A DNA stretch of 64,000 nt from Patescibacteria group bacterium (GTDB lineage Bacteria; Patescibacteriota; Patescibacteriia; UBA9934; GWF2-40-263). This document shows, in pieces, positions 46,570 through 55,707 of this stretch. The notes under the pieces were generated by a model that saw only the letters and a program-made list of their open reading frames with translations, searched no databases and was not told the origin of the DNA. The stretch's first letter is position 1. Each line of letters opens with the position of its first letter. A program made the position numbers and the translations under genes. Location: assembly GCA_018814025.1 (NCBI GenBank), contig JAHJAM010000025.1, positions 2,530 to 66,529 on the forward strand, in the 5' to 3' direction.

Positions 46570-47133
46570 ATGACGCGCAAACAAAAAATAGGAATCGGGA
46601 TGGCGCTAATTGCGGTGATAATCATGTTGATTTGGCTCTGGCTGCTGCGCGGGCCAGCGCCGGCCGTACCGCCGGCCGTGATCGCACCCGCGATTGAGGA
46701 AGAAACCCAGGCGCCGACATCGGTCCCGACTCAGGAAATGGCGGCCGAGCAGGCGAAGCGGGATGAGTCCGCGGGTTTGCAGTCTTTGGCGAAAACTTTT
46801 ACCGAACGCTATGGCAGTTTTTCCACGGAAGCGAATTTTGCCAATTTGTCGGATGTGATGATTATGATGACGCCGAGCTTTTCGGCTCAAACTCAAGCCG
46901 ATATCGAGGCGGCGAGCTTGGGAGAAAATTTTTACGGCGTGACCACCAAAGTGGTTAGTGTGAGCGTGGATCAATTGGATGAGGAAGCGGGTTTGGCAAA
47001 GTTGACGATTAACACCCAGCGCCAGGAAGCCGTGGACAGCCCGCAGAATATCTCGGTCAAATATCAAGATTTAGTTTTGAATTTTGAAATGATTAGCGGA
47101 ACATGGAAAGTCTCGTCCGCCGTTTGGCAATAG
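46570..47133 (+). CDS. membrane-anchored hypothetical protein (possible VirB8/PrgL/TcpC-like)
   Basis: N-terminal TM 'IGIGMALIAVIIMLIWLWLL'. About 150-aa extracytoplasmic domain. Position after VirB4. Confidence 0.35.
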   Translation: MTRKQKIGIGMALIAVIIMLIWLWLLRGPAPAVPPAVIAPAIEEETQAPTSVPTQEMAAEQAKRDESAGLQSLAKTFTERYGSFSTEANFANLSDVMIMMTPSFSAQTQADIEAASLGENFYGVTTKVVSVSVDQLDEEAGLAKLTINTQRQEAVDSPQNISVKYQDLVLNFEMISGTWKVSSAVWQ

Positions 47134-47801
47134 AATCGATTTGGCCGCGGTTTTGCATCCGTTGCGGTCGCGAGGGGGAAGTATTTTGCCGGCCTTGCCA
47201 GGAGGCTTACCGGCCGAGGATTTCTTTTGCGGCTTGTCCATTTTGCGGACGAGGCGGGTCTGATCGAGTCTGCGACGAGTGCGGGCCGAAAACGTATTTG
47301 GACGGCGTGATCAGCTTGGCCGCTTACGGAGATCCGGTCGTTCGCGAAGCGATCGGACTTTGGAAGTACCACGGCGATGAACAAGCTCAAGCCACGATTG
47401 AATTATGGGTGCGGCAGCTGGCTCAAAGTTTGCGGCTGGCCGAGGCAGTTGAGGCCGTCAGTTTTATCCCTTTGCATGAGAGTAAAAAGCGCAGCCGCGG
47501 GTTTGATCAGGCTCAAGAATTGGCCAAAATGGTGGCGCGCCTGATCAATCGGCCGGTTCAAGAAGTTTTGCGGCGCGACCGGAAGACCCGGGCTCAAGCC
47601 CAGCTGACCAATGAACAGCGGCTGGTCGGAGATCTGGATGGAATTTTTCGAGTGCAGGGGAATCTGCCCCAGAGCGTGGTTTTGTGCGATGACGTGTTTA
47701 CCAGCGGGGCCACCATGGATGCGGCCGCGCGAGAATTGAAAGAACACGGCGTAAAAACGGTTTTCGGATTAACTTTAGCCAAAGGTTCATTAAAGACTTG
47801 A
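47103..47801 (+). CDS. comFC: ComF-family protein (ComFC; zinc ribbon + phosphoribosyltransferase domain)
   Basis: 'CIRCGREGEVFCRPCQ...CPFCG' double zinc ribbon. PRTase motif 'VVLCDDVFTSGATMDAA'. Confidence 0.8.
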   Translation: MESLVRRLAIESIWPRFCIRCGREGEVFCRPCQEAYRPRISFAACPFCGRGGSDRVCDECGPKTYLDGVISLAAYGDPVVREAIGLWKYHGDEQAQATIELWVRQLAQSLRLAEAVEAVSFIPLHESKKRSRGFDQAQELAKMVARLINRPVQEVLRRDRKTRAQAQLTNEQRLVGDLDGIFRVQGNLPQSVVLCDDVFTSGATMDAAARELKEHGVKTVFGLTLAKGSLKT

Positions 47802-47857
47802 TTTATTTCAGAAATTGGCTTATTCTTACCCCACCAGGACGCAAGTTTTGGCAGCAC

Positions 47858-47951
47858 GGAGAGGTACCCAAGAGGCTGAAGGGGCGGGTTTGCTAAACCT
47901 GTAGGTCGGGGTTTTCTCGGCGCGGGGGTTCGAATCCCCCCCTCTCCGCCA
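47858..47951 (+). tRNA. tRNA-Ser (anticodon GCT)
   Basis: Acceptor GGAGAGG/CCTCTCC. Anticodon loop TTGCTAA. Long variable arm. T-arm GGGGG-TTCGAAT-CCCCC. Encoded CCA. Confidence 0.85.
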
Positions 47952-48045
47952 TCGAGCTTAGCTCGATTGTTCCGCGGTTAGCCAAAGCTCAGCTTTGGCC
48001 GCACTCGAGATAAGCTCGATGATGAGTCGAGCTCAGCTCGACCAC
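47952..48045 (+). repeat. tRNA-Ser-associated ~95-nt repeat, copy 1 (three AGCT-centred hairpins)
   Basis: TCGAGCTtAGCTCGA, CCAAAGCTcAGCTTTGG, GTCGAGCTcAGCTCGAC modules. ~90% identical copy at 48172-48265. Confidence 0.8.
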
Positions 48046-48081
48046 AAACCGTGAGGGTAAACAGTTTGAACTTTGTCGCAA

Positions 48082-48171
<90 letters not shown>

Positions 48172-48265
48172 TCGAGCTTAGCTCGATTGTTCTACGGTTA
48201 GCCAAAGCTGAGCTTTGGCTGTACTCGAGATAAGTTCGATAATTAGTCGAGCTTAGCTCGACCAA
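48172..48265 (+). repeat. tRNA-Ser-associated ~95-nt repeat, copy 2
   Basis: tcgagcttagctcgattgttctacggttagccaaagctgagctttggctgtactcgagataagttcgataattagtcgagcttagctcgacc. Confidence 0.8.
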
Positions 48266-48288
48266 TGAAAATAATTTTCTCTTGATTT

Positions 48289-48783
48289 ATGGAGGATCAA
48301 AAAGTAAAAATTGCCGGCCGGCCCTTGCTTGATTGGGAAGTGGACGAATTCATGAAGCATGATCGTTCCCCGGCTTGGTATATCGTAGCGGCCGTGATCG
48401 GTTTGAGCTTAATCATTTATGCGGTGGCCACGGCGAATTTTCTGTTCGCGGTCATCATGCTGATGATCGGCATCATTATCCTGATCTCTTCATTTACCGA
48501 ACCGAACGCGATTGAAGTTTTTATCACCACCATGGGGGTGGTCGTGGGCGATTCTTTTTACGAATATAAAGATATTAAAGATTTTGCCGTGATTTACGAA
48601 CCGCCGGAGGTGAATCTTTTATACCTGAATTTCAAGTCGCCTTGGCAGCCGGTGATGGCGATTCCGCTGAAAGAATTAGATCCGAATACGGTTCGAGAAA
48701 TTTTATTGAATTACCTGGCTGAAGATTTGGAACAAGAGGAAGAACGCTTGACAGACGTGTTGCGCCGGCTGTATAAGTTGTAG
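48289..48783 (+). CDS. hypothetical membrane protein (two TM helices)
   Basis: 164-aa ORF. Hydrophobic pair 'WYIVAAVIGLSLIIYAVATANFLFAVIMLMIGIIILI'. Confidence 0.55.
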   Translation: MEDQKVKIAGRPLLDWEVDEFMKHDRSPAWYIVAAVIGLSLIIYAVATANFLFAVIMLMIGIIILISSFTEPNAIEVFITTMGVVVGDSFYEYKDIKDFAVIYEPPEVNLLYLNFKSPWQPVMAIPLKELDPNTVREILLNYLAEDLEQEEERLTDVLRRLYKL

Positions 48784-48804
48784 GCTTCGTCAAAAATTTT
48801 TTAT

Positions 48805-48881
48805 GCGGTCGTAGCTCAGATGGATAGAGCATCAGCTTGCGGAGCTGAGGGTCGCAGGTTCGAATCCTGCCGATCGCACCA
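48805..48881 (+). tRNA. tRNA-Arg (anticodon read as GCG)
   Basis: Acceptor GCGGTCG/CGATCGC. Anticodon stem TCAGC/GCTGA with loop TTGCGGA. T-arm GCAGG-TTCGAAT-CCTGC. Encoded CCA. Confidence 0.75.
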
Positions 48882-48885
48882 CAAA

Positions 48886-48911
48886 GTACTCCAGTTTGTC
48901 TGGAGTTTTTT
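48886..48911 (+). terminator. rho-independent terminator after tRNA-Arg
   Basis: GTACTCCAG-TTTGT-CTGGAGTTTTTTG. Confidence 0.8.
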
Positions 48912-48955
48912 GTTTGTTTGGCAAAAAAGAGGCGAATGAGTAAGATAAAATCACT

Positions 48956-51007
48956 ATGGCGATTCACTTGAGCACATCAGTGGCGGCTTTGCCCGGCATT
49001 GGGGCCGGGGCCGCGAAGGATTTGAAAAACCTGGGCGTGGTTTGCGTGCGCGATTTGTTGGAATATTTTCCTTTTCGCTATGATGATTTTTCAAAAATCA
49101 AAGCCATCGCCGATTTGCGGCATGGCGATACGGTCACTGTGACGGGCCGGATTCGAGCCATTGAATCGCGCCAAGCGAAAAATCGCCGGCTGACTTTAAC
49201 GGAGGCGATCGTGGAGGACGGTACCGGAGAAATCAAAGTGATCTGGTTTAATCAGCCTTATCTGGAAAAAACTTTGTCGATTGGGAAAGTGGTTTCTTTA
49301 GCCGGGACCGTGGATTCGAAATTCGGCAAAACTTTAGTCAATCCGATTTACGAAGCCGCGCACACGAATATTCACACGGGCCGAATTGTGCCGGTTTACG
49401 GCCGAACCGGGGCTTTGACCATCCGTCGCTTGCGCGGCGCCATGCAAACGGCTTTGGCCGCGGCGGATGAAATTGTGGAGTGGCTGCCGGGGAAAGTCCG
49501 AGGGCAGGAACATTGGCCGGACGAGCCCGAGGCGCTGCGGGCGGTTCATTTTCCCAAGGACAATCAAGAATTGGCGCGGGCGATTGAGCGGCTGAAATTT
49601 GACGAGCTGTTTTTGCATCAGATGCTGTTTGCGGAAGTGCGCCGGCAAAAGGAGGTTAAGGAAGCCAAGGCTTGGGCGATCGATGAGTCTTATCTTAAGG
49701 AATTCGTTCAGCGTTTGCCGTTTGAATTAACCACGGATCAAAAAATGGCGGTTTGGGAAATCGTGCAGGATTGTGCCAAGGATCACCCCATGAACCGATT
49801 GTTGGAAGGGGATGTGGGCAGCGGCAAAACCGTGGTGGCGGCCATGGCTTTGGCGCACGCGATCAAACAAGGCGGCAAAGCCGCGTATCTGGCGCCCACG
49901 GAAATTTTAGCCAAGCAAGTGCATCAAGAATTGTCGAAATATTTATCCGGAGTGGAAGTGGCGCTGTTTACGGCCGGGCAAGTGAAATTGGGGCAGGAGG
50001 AGATTAGCCGAAATAATTTATTAGCGCTCTTAGCTCGAGGCGACTGCGCCTGCGTGGTGGGCACGCAGACTTTGATTCAAGAAGGCGTGAGTTTGCCGGA
50101 TCTGGGCTTGATCGTGATTGATGAACAGCATCGTTTTGGCGTGCGCCAGCGGCATGCCTTGCTGGAAACCGGGGATCGGCCGGCGCCGCATCTTTTGTCC
50201 ATGACGGCCACGCCGATTCCGCGCTCTTTGGCTTTGACTTTGTACGGCGATCTGCAGCTTTCGATCATCCGCCAAAAACCCAAGGGCCGCAAGCCGATCG
50301 CCACCCGGATCGCTTTTGAAAAAGCCAAAGCCGCCATGTGGCAGCAGGTGGAAGCGGAAATTAAAAACGGCCATCGGGCTTACGTGATTTGTCCGCTGAT
50401 CGATCCGTCAGACAAGCTGGGGACTCAGTCCGTGACTGAAACCGCCCAGGTTTTATCCAAGGGAGTATTGAAAAAAGTTAAGGTGGGAATTTTGCACGGC
50501 AAGCTGAAATCCGATGAGAAAGAACAGGTGATGAATGATTTTAAGAGCGGTCGAATTGAAGTTTTGGTGGCCACCACCGTAGTGGAAGTGGGAGTGGATG
50601 TGCCGGATGCGACCATGATGGTTATTTTGGGCGCGGAGCGGTTCGGTTTGGCGCAACTGCACCAGTTGCGCGGCCGGGTCGGGCGCAGCGAACGCCAATC
50701 GTATTGTTATCTGGCGCCGGAGACTTTTTCATCAAATACCAAAGAACGCTTAATGGCCATGGTGCATTGTGAGGACGGTTTTGAATTGGCGGAGCGGGAT
50801 TTGCAACTGCGCGGCGCCGGCAATGTTTTCGGCACGGCCCAATCCGGGTTTCCGGATTTTAAATTGGCCACGGTCGGGGACGCGGATTTAATCAAAAAAG
50901 CCCATGAATGGGCTCAGGAAATTTTGGCCAAAGATCCGCATTTGGATCGCAAGCCGTTATTGCGGCAAAAAATTGATGATGCGCTGGCGCAAGCTCATCT
51001 GGAGTAA
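48956..51007 (+). CDS. recG: ATP-dependent DNA helicase RecG
   Basis: Wedge domain. Helicase motif I 'GDVGSGKTVVA'. Motif II 'DEQHRFGV'. Confidence 0.92.
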   Translation: MAIHLSTSVAALPGIGAGAAKDLKNLGVVCVRDLLEYFPFRYDDFSKIKAIADLRHGDTVTVTGRIRAIESRQAKNRRLTLTEAIVEDGTGEIKVIWFNQPYLEKTLSIGKVVSLAGTVDSKFGKTLVNPIYEAAHTNIHTGRIVPVYGRTGALTIRRLRGAMQTALAAADEIVEWLPGKVRGQEHWPDEPEALRAVHFPKDNQELARAIERLKFDELFLHQMLFAEVRRQKEVKEAKAWAIDESYLKEFVQRLPFELTTDQKMAVWEIVQDCAKDHPMNRLLEGDVGSGKTVVAAMALAHAIKQGGKAAYLAPTEILAKQVHQELSKYLSGVEVALFTAGQVKLGQEEISRNNLLALLARGDCACVVGTQTLIQEGVSLPDLGLIVIDEQHRFGVRQRHALLETGDRPAPHLLSMTATPIPRSLALTLYGDLQLSIIRQKPKGRKPIATRIAFEKAKAAMWQQVEAEIKNGHRAYVICPLIDPSDKLGTQSVTETAQVLSKGVLKKVKVGILHGKLKSDEKEQVMNDFKSGRIEVLVATTVVEVGVDVPDATMMVILGAERFGLAQLHQLRGRVGRSERQSYCYLAPETFSSNTKERLMAMVHCEDGFELAERDLQLRGAGNVFGTAQSGFPDFKLATVGDADLIKKAHEWAQEILAKDPHLDRKPLLRQKIDDALAQAHLE

Positions 51008-51011
51008 CTTT

Positions 51012-51028
51012 CCATCATCCGGTGATGG
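51012..51028. repeat. palindromic repeat family B copy (CCATCATCCGGTGATGG) between convergent recG and radA
   Basis: Near-perfect palindrome related to the RAYT-flanking repeats. Probably also serves as a bidirectional terminator. Confidence 0.7.
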
Positions 51029-51035
51029 ACAAGTG

Positions 51036-52355
51036 TCAGAGTAAATCTTTAATGGTTTTAACGATTTTGACTTCGAGCTTGGTCGGAGTTTTTTGGTGTT
51101 TGGGCACAATGGCGTGTTCGAGGCCAAAGCGCTGGGCTTCGGTTAGGCGTCTTTCCAAATAGGGCACGGATCGAATCTCGCCGCCCAAACCGACTTCGCC
51201 CACAAGCACGGTGGCGGCCTGGCCGATCACGCCTTTTTCCGCGGATAAGATGGCGGCGCAAACCGCTAAATCCGCGGCCGGTTCTTTGACGGTTAAGCCG
51301 CCGATGACATTAATGTAAATATCCCGCTCGCCCAGCTTGAGGCCGGCGTGTTTGGATAAAATCGCGCTCAACATCTGTAGGCGATTTTGGTCAAAGCCGG
51401 AGGCGCGGCGAATCGGGTTGCCGTACGCGGTTTTTTCCACTAAAGCTTGGATTTCCACCAGAAAGACACGCGAGCCTTCGGCGAGGGCCGTGATGACTGA
51501 GCCGGGCACATTGACTCGTTCTTCCAAAAAACGAGCCGAGGGATTGGCCACGGCTTGCAGGCCGTTTTGAGTCATGGCAAAAACCCCGACTTCGTCAGTG
51601 GAGCCGAAACGGTTTTTGCTGGCGCGAAGCAGGCGGTAAAGATGCTGAGGATCACCCTCGATCGACAAGACCACATCCACTAAGTGTTCGAGCATTTTTG
51701 GACCGGCCACGCTGCCGTCTTTGGTAACTTGGCCGATGAGCAAAATCGGGATGTCCGTGCGCTTGGCCAAATCCAACAATAAACTGGTGGCGTAGCGAAC
51801 CAGGTTGGGACTGCCGGCCGGACTGTCCATTTCCAAGGAGTTCAGGGTTTGGACCGAATCGATAATAGCTAAGCCGGGTTTTTCTTTTTCAATGGCCGAG
51901 ATCAAGCTTTCGATCGGGTAGGGCTCGAGAAAGTTGATGTGCTCAAGCGAGGCGGCCAAACGAGAAAATCTTTGCGCCAGTTGATGCGCGGATTCTTCGC
52001 CGGAAATATAAAGCACCGGTTTATCTTTTTGACTAATGTTTCCGGCTAAGGATGTCACTAAGGTAGATTTGCCAATGCCGGGTTCGCCGGAAATTAAAGT
52101 TAAGCTGCCAGGAACCAAGCCACCACCTAAAACGCGATCCACTTCCGGATCGCCGGTTGAGAGGCGCTCGGGCCGGCGGGTTTGCTCAAGATCAAAAAGC
52201 CGCGCGCTGGTCGGCGCCGCGGCTTTATTCTTTAGGGGTTTCAGAGCCGGGACAACCGTTTCCTCCTGTTCAATTAGAGTGCCCCATTTGCCGCACTGGT
52301 CGCAACGGCCGGACCATTTGGCGGATTGGGCATCGCAATAGGTGCAATGATGCAT
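51036..52355 (-). CDS. radA: DNA repair protein RadA/Sms
   Basis: N-terminal zinc finger 'CTYCDAQSAKWSGRCDQCGKWG'. Walker A 'GEPGIGKST'. KNRFG motif. Lon-protease-like C-terminal domain. Confidence 0.92.
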   Translation of the reverse strand: MHHCTYCDAQSAKWSGRCDQCGKWGTLIEQEETVVPALKPLKNKAAAPTSARLFDLEQTRRPERLSTGDPEVDRVLGGGLVPGSLTLISGEPGIGKSTLVTSLAGNISQKDKPVLYISGEESAHQLAQRFSRLAASLEHINFLEPYPIESLISAIEKEKPGLAIIDSVQTLNSLEMDSPAGSPNLVRYATSLLLDLAKRTDIPILLIGQVTKDGSVAGPKMLEHLVDVVLSIEGDPQHLYRLLRASKNRFGSTDEVGVFAMTQNGLQAVANPSARFLEERVNVPGSVITALAEGSRVFLVEIQALVEKTAYGNPIRRASGFDQNRLQMLSAILSKHAGLKLGERDIYINVIGGLTVKEPAADLAVCAAILSAEKGVIGQAATVLVGEVGLGGEIRSVPYLERRLTEAQRFGLEHAIVPKHQKTPTKLEVKIVKTIKDLL

Positions 52356-52360
52356 AAGGT

Positions 52361-53686
52361 TTATTTGCAGGTCGTGGACATTTTGGGTTTTTCAAAATGC
52401 CAAGGCTCGGAGCTGAGCACGCAGAAGCCCTGGGCTTTCATTTCCGCAATCAGCGTGGCTTGGCAGGCATTGGCAAAACAGGCAGACAAGTCGCCCAAGC
52501 ATTCTTTTTGGCTGATGCAAGGAATCCATTTATCTTCATACTTTTCCGCGGCCCAAATGTCAACGGCTCGGGCCGTGGTGTGCGGGCAATTTTTCGGGTC
52601 GAGATTTTTTAAAATGCAGGTTGAGGGCCGGTTCGGTTTTCGATTGCAGGTGGCTGAGCCGGGCTCGTTTTGACAATTTTGTCTGATCAAAGCGATTTGC
52701 TTTTCCACCGAACGGAAACCGGAAGAAATATACAGCCCATAGTTTTTTCCGTTCAAGTTGCCGGCGGCTTGTTCCACGGCTTGGGCGGCCTCTTGAGTGA
52801 TCAGCGAACCGGCGGGCTTGGGATTGAGAATATTGGCGCCGGCCGCGTTGCGCAAATCCGCGGGCGGAGCCAGGCCGCTGATCGAATTTTCTTCGCCTTC
52901 GCCAAAAGGCAGGCCCGGGGCCGAAGCCACTTGCTGGACGATAACCGGACGCAATAAGGTCAATTCCGGATTCACGGTATAAAGAATGGCGTAGGTGCCC
53001 AAGAGCAGAACGAAACCGATCACGGCGTTGGAAATGCGAGTCTTGGCTTCGCCGGCATCGCCGCGGCCGGCGGATAAAACATACTGCAGCCCGCCAATCA
53101 TGACCATAACGATGGCAATGGTTAAGGAAGCGCCGATCAGCCACTGATAGACAGAGGAAAAATATTCGCCAATGAAGTCGATAGAAAGTTTATTGCCTTT
53201 GCGCAAAGGCTCGGAAAAGCTCAAGCCGGGAATGGGCACGGCCAGTTGGGGCGTTTGGTAGGGCACGATTTTGATTTCCGCGTTGGGATCGGTTTGCACT
53301 CCGGAAAAGCTGCGCTGTTCGCATTCGGCCAGGGCGTTTTTTTACGCGGTCGGGGCGGTGCTTGGGTCAGCGATAAACAGTTGATTGATAAAACTGACGT
53401 CGTAGTATTTTTTGTCGATGCGCAAGCCCACGTCATTGGGACAGGCGACGTTGCAATAATATAATCCCTGATCCGCGCCGGGTTCGGAAACCGGAGTCAC
53501 GACTTGGCAATATTTGCCAATTTCATCTTTAAAGTTCGCGTCGTCAACTCGGAAATAACAAAGACAGCGCGCATTGACTGCTTGCGCTCGGGCGACCGGG
53601 GCGGCGGAAAGAAACAAAAGACCGAACAGTCCGATGAGCACGGGTCCGAGCATTAGGAGTTTAAGGGTTTTGGCGGTTGGCGACAT
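52361..53686 (-). pseudogene. cell-wall hydrolase paralogue (Cys-rich N-domain + two-TM module + M15/VanY-like D,D-carboxypeptidase) interrupted by one in-frame TAA at 53342-53344
   Basis: ORFs 53342-53686 and 52361-53299 are in the same frame. Read-through gives '...TA*KNALAECEQRSFSGVQTD...', aligning with 'NQAQRDCANRAFSAVAG' of the intact paralogue (53691-55067). M15 motifs 'SGFRS', 'HTTARAVD', 'EPWHFE'. Confidence 0.65.
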
Positions 53687-53690
53687 GAAT

Positions 53691-55067
53691 TTAACGTTTG
53701 ATGCAAGTTAGAACCGGGCCCGCGCCTTTGAAAGTGACGTGAATGTGCGGGCCGGAGGTATTGCCGGATTGTTCAATGGTTTGGCAGCCGCAGTCTTCTC
53801 GGCTGAAGGGGTCGTCGCAAGGGGTGCCGGTTTGATTGCACCAGCCGTTTTCCGCAGCTTTCCACCCATCCGGCGGCGTTTCGCCTTGGCAGCAGCGGCC
53901 GCCCACGTGGCCGATCAGTTCGCCTTGAATGACGGAATCGCCATCAGCCAGAGGAGTGCCGTCGCCGCGAATGAAATCTTTCACATGGCAGATGTAGGCG
54001 ACGGCGCCGCTGCTTTTGATGGTTAAAGTATTGCCGCAAGGATTATCCGCTTCGCTTCTTTTTAAAACCGTGACCGTGCCGCTGAAGGGGGAGCGGATCG
54101 GGGAATCCCAGGGCGCGACCCAGTCAATGGATTTAATATTTTGCCATTGGTAGTTTTGATCCCGGAAATGGTAGTTGCAGGATTCTTTTTGTCCGGTGGG
54201 CGAGGTGAAGCCGCCGGCCAATTTACACTGATCTTGGTTTTGCTGGGCCAAGGCATAGGCTTGATCGCAGTTGCTGCCCGCCCCGCTGGTTAAATCGCCT
54301 TCGTTGCCCACGGTTTCCATGGCCAAGACCGGATCAATAGTTTTCAAGCGCAGCGGACCCAGCACGGTCAATTCCGGATTAACCGTGTAAAGAATAATGT
54401 AAGTGCTCAAGAGCAGAATCAAGCCGATGACCGCATTGGTGATTCGGGTTTTGGCCGCGCCCACGTCGCCGCGGCCGGCGGATAAAACATATTGCAGGCC
54501 GCCGATCATGATCATGACAATGGCGATGGTGAGCGAGGCGCCGAGCAGCCATTGGTAGACGCCGGAAATGTATTGGCCGATAAAATCAATGGTCAGGTAT
54601 TGGCCTTGCTTGAGAGGTTCGCTGAAAGAAAGATTGGGAATGGCCACGCCCAGCACCGGAACGGTGAATTTTTTCGTGCCGGCCACATTGCCGGCCACGG
54701 CGGAAAAAGCGCGATTGGCGCAATCCCGCTGGGCTTGGTTGTAAGCCGGGTCAGCCACGTCTCCGAGGAATTGAACGATGTTGAGATCGAGCGCGTAGCG
54801 GGGATCGGTGACGAACAGTTTGAGTTTTGCCTCGCAGGCTTCACGGCAAAATTTATCCGGATTGGCCGGCTGTTGATTCAGACCAGTGGCAAATTCTTGG
54901 CAGTGGGTGCCGATTTGCTGGCTTGTGTCCGCGTAGGAGACTTTGAAATTACACAAGCAAGCCGTGTCCGCGGCTTGGGCCAGAGACGGGGCGGCCAAAA
55001 ATAGGCTCAGCAGCAGGCCGAGCAGAATCGGACTGATTAATTTACGGCCGCAAGGCATTTTCCACAT
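53691..55067 (-). CDS. secreted/membrane-anchored M23 (LytM-like) peptidoglycan endopeptidase with Cys-rich N-domain and two-TM module
   Basis: Signal peptide. 'CLCNFKV' Cys-rich domain. Shared module 'IPNLSFSEPLKQG...IGGLQYVLSAGRGDVGAAKTRITNAVIGLILLL'. M23 C-terminal motif 'SGPHIHVTF'. Confidence 0.75.
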   Translation of the reverse strand: MWKMPCGRKLISPILLGLLLSLFLAAPSLAQAADTACLCNFKVSYADTSQQIGTHCQEFATGLNQQPANPDKFCREACEAKLKLFVTDPRYALDLNIVQFLGDVADPAYNQAQRDCANRAFSAVAGNVAGTKKFTVPVLGVAIPNLSFSEPLKQGQYLTIDFIGQYISGVYQWLLGASLTIAIVMIMIGGLQYVLSAGRGDVGAAKTRITNAVIGLILLLSTYIILYTVNPELTVLGPLRLKTIDPVLAMETVGNEGDLTSGAGSNCDQAYALAQQNQDQCKLAGGFTSPTGQKESCNYHFRDQNYQWQNIKSIDWVAPWDSPIRSPFSGTVTVLKRSEADNPCGNTLTIKSSGAVAYICHVKDFIRGDGTPLADGDSVIQGELIGHVGGRCCQGETPPDGWKAAENGWCNQTGTPCDDPFSREDCGCQTIEQSGNTSGPHIHVTFKGAGPVLTCIKR

Positions 55068-55695
55068 AAGAGATAAGGCTGGCGGTTGAAAGGGCGCCGG
55101 CGTAAGACCGTTGATTGATAAAGAGGGTGGGGGTGGCGGTTAAGCCCAGGGCTTGGGCTTCGGCCAAATCCCGTTCAATGACGGGCAAAGGATCTTGCTG
55201 ATCAACGCAGCGCGCGAAGGAGTCCAAATCCAACCCGAGTTCTTGAGCCATGACCATGAATTGATCTTGAGATAATTGGTTTTGCCGAGCGAATAATAAA
55301 TCATGATAAGGCCAGAATTGATTTTGCTGGTCCGCGCAATGAGCGGCCACGGCCGCGGGCGAGGCCAGGGGGTGCAGGGATTGGTTGGGCAGATTTTTCC
55401 AAACGATTTGAACTTGAGTCGGATAGGTTTGATGCACGGTGGCGAGCGAAGCGGCCAGCTGTTGGCAGGCGGAACATAAAAAATCAGAAAAGACGAGAAT
55501 CTTGACCGGAGCCTGCAGACTACCCAGGGCCGGATTGATAAATGTGGCCGTGGGCAAGCCGTTGCCCGAGTTTTCTAAAGCCGCGATTTTATCCGCCAGC
55601 GGCGCGCGAATCGGCAGGAGATGGAAAATAAACAGGACAAAAATAATCACCGTGGTGACGCCGAGGGATAAGAAGATAAGCCATTTGTGCGGCAT
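55042..55695 (-). CDS. DsbA/BdbD-like thiol:disulfide oxidoreductase (thioredoxin fold, membrane-anchored)
   Basis: N-terminal TM. CxxC active site 'DFLCSACQQL'. Confidence 0.8.
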   Translation of the reverse strand: MPHKWLIFLSLGVTTVIIFVLFIFHLLPIRAPLADKIAALENSGNGLPTATFINPALGSLQAPVKILVFSDFLCSACQQLAASLATVHQTYPTQVQIVWKNLPNQSLHPLASPAAVAAHCADQQNQFWPYHDLLFARQNQLSQDQFMVMAQELGLDLDSFARCVDQQDPLPVIERDLAEAQALGLTATPTLFINQRSYAGALSTASLISYVENALRP

Positions 55696-55707
55696 AGGGG
55701 GAGGCGT

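Noticed and set aside
52560-53144. 194-aa Arg-rich minus-strand ORF
   Set aside because: Overlaps the hydrolase pseudogene in another frame. No support.
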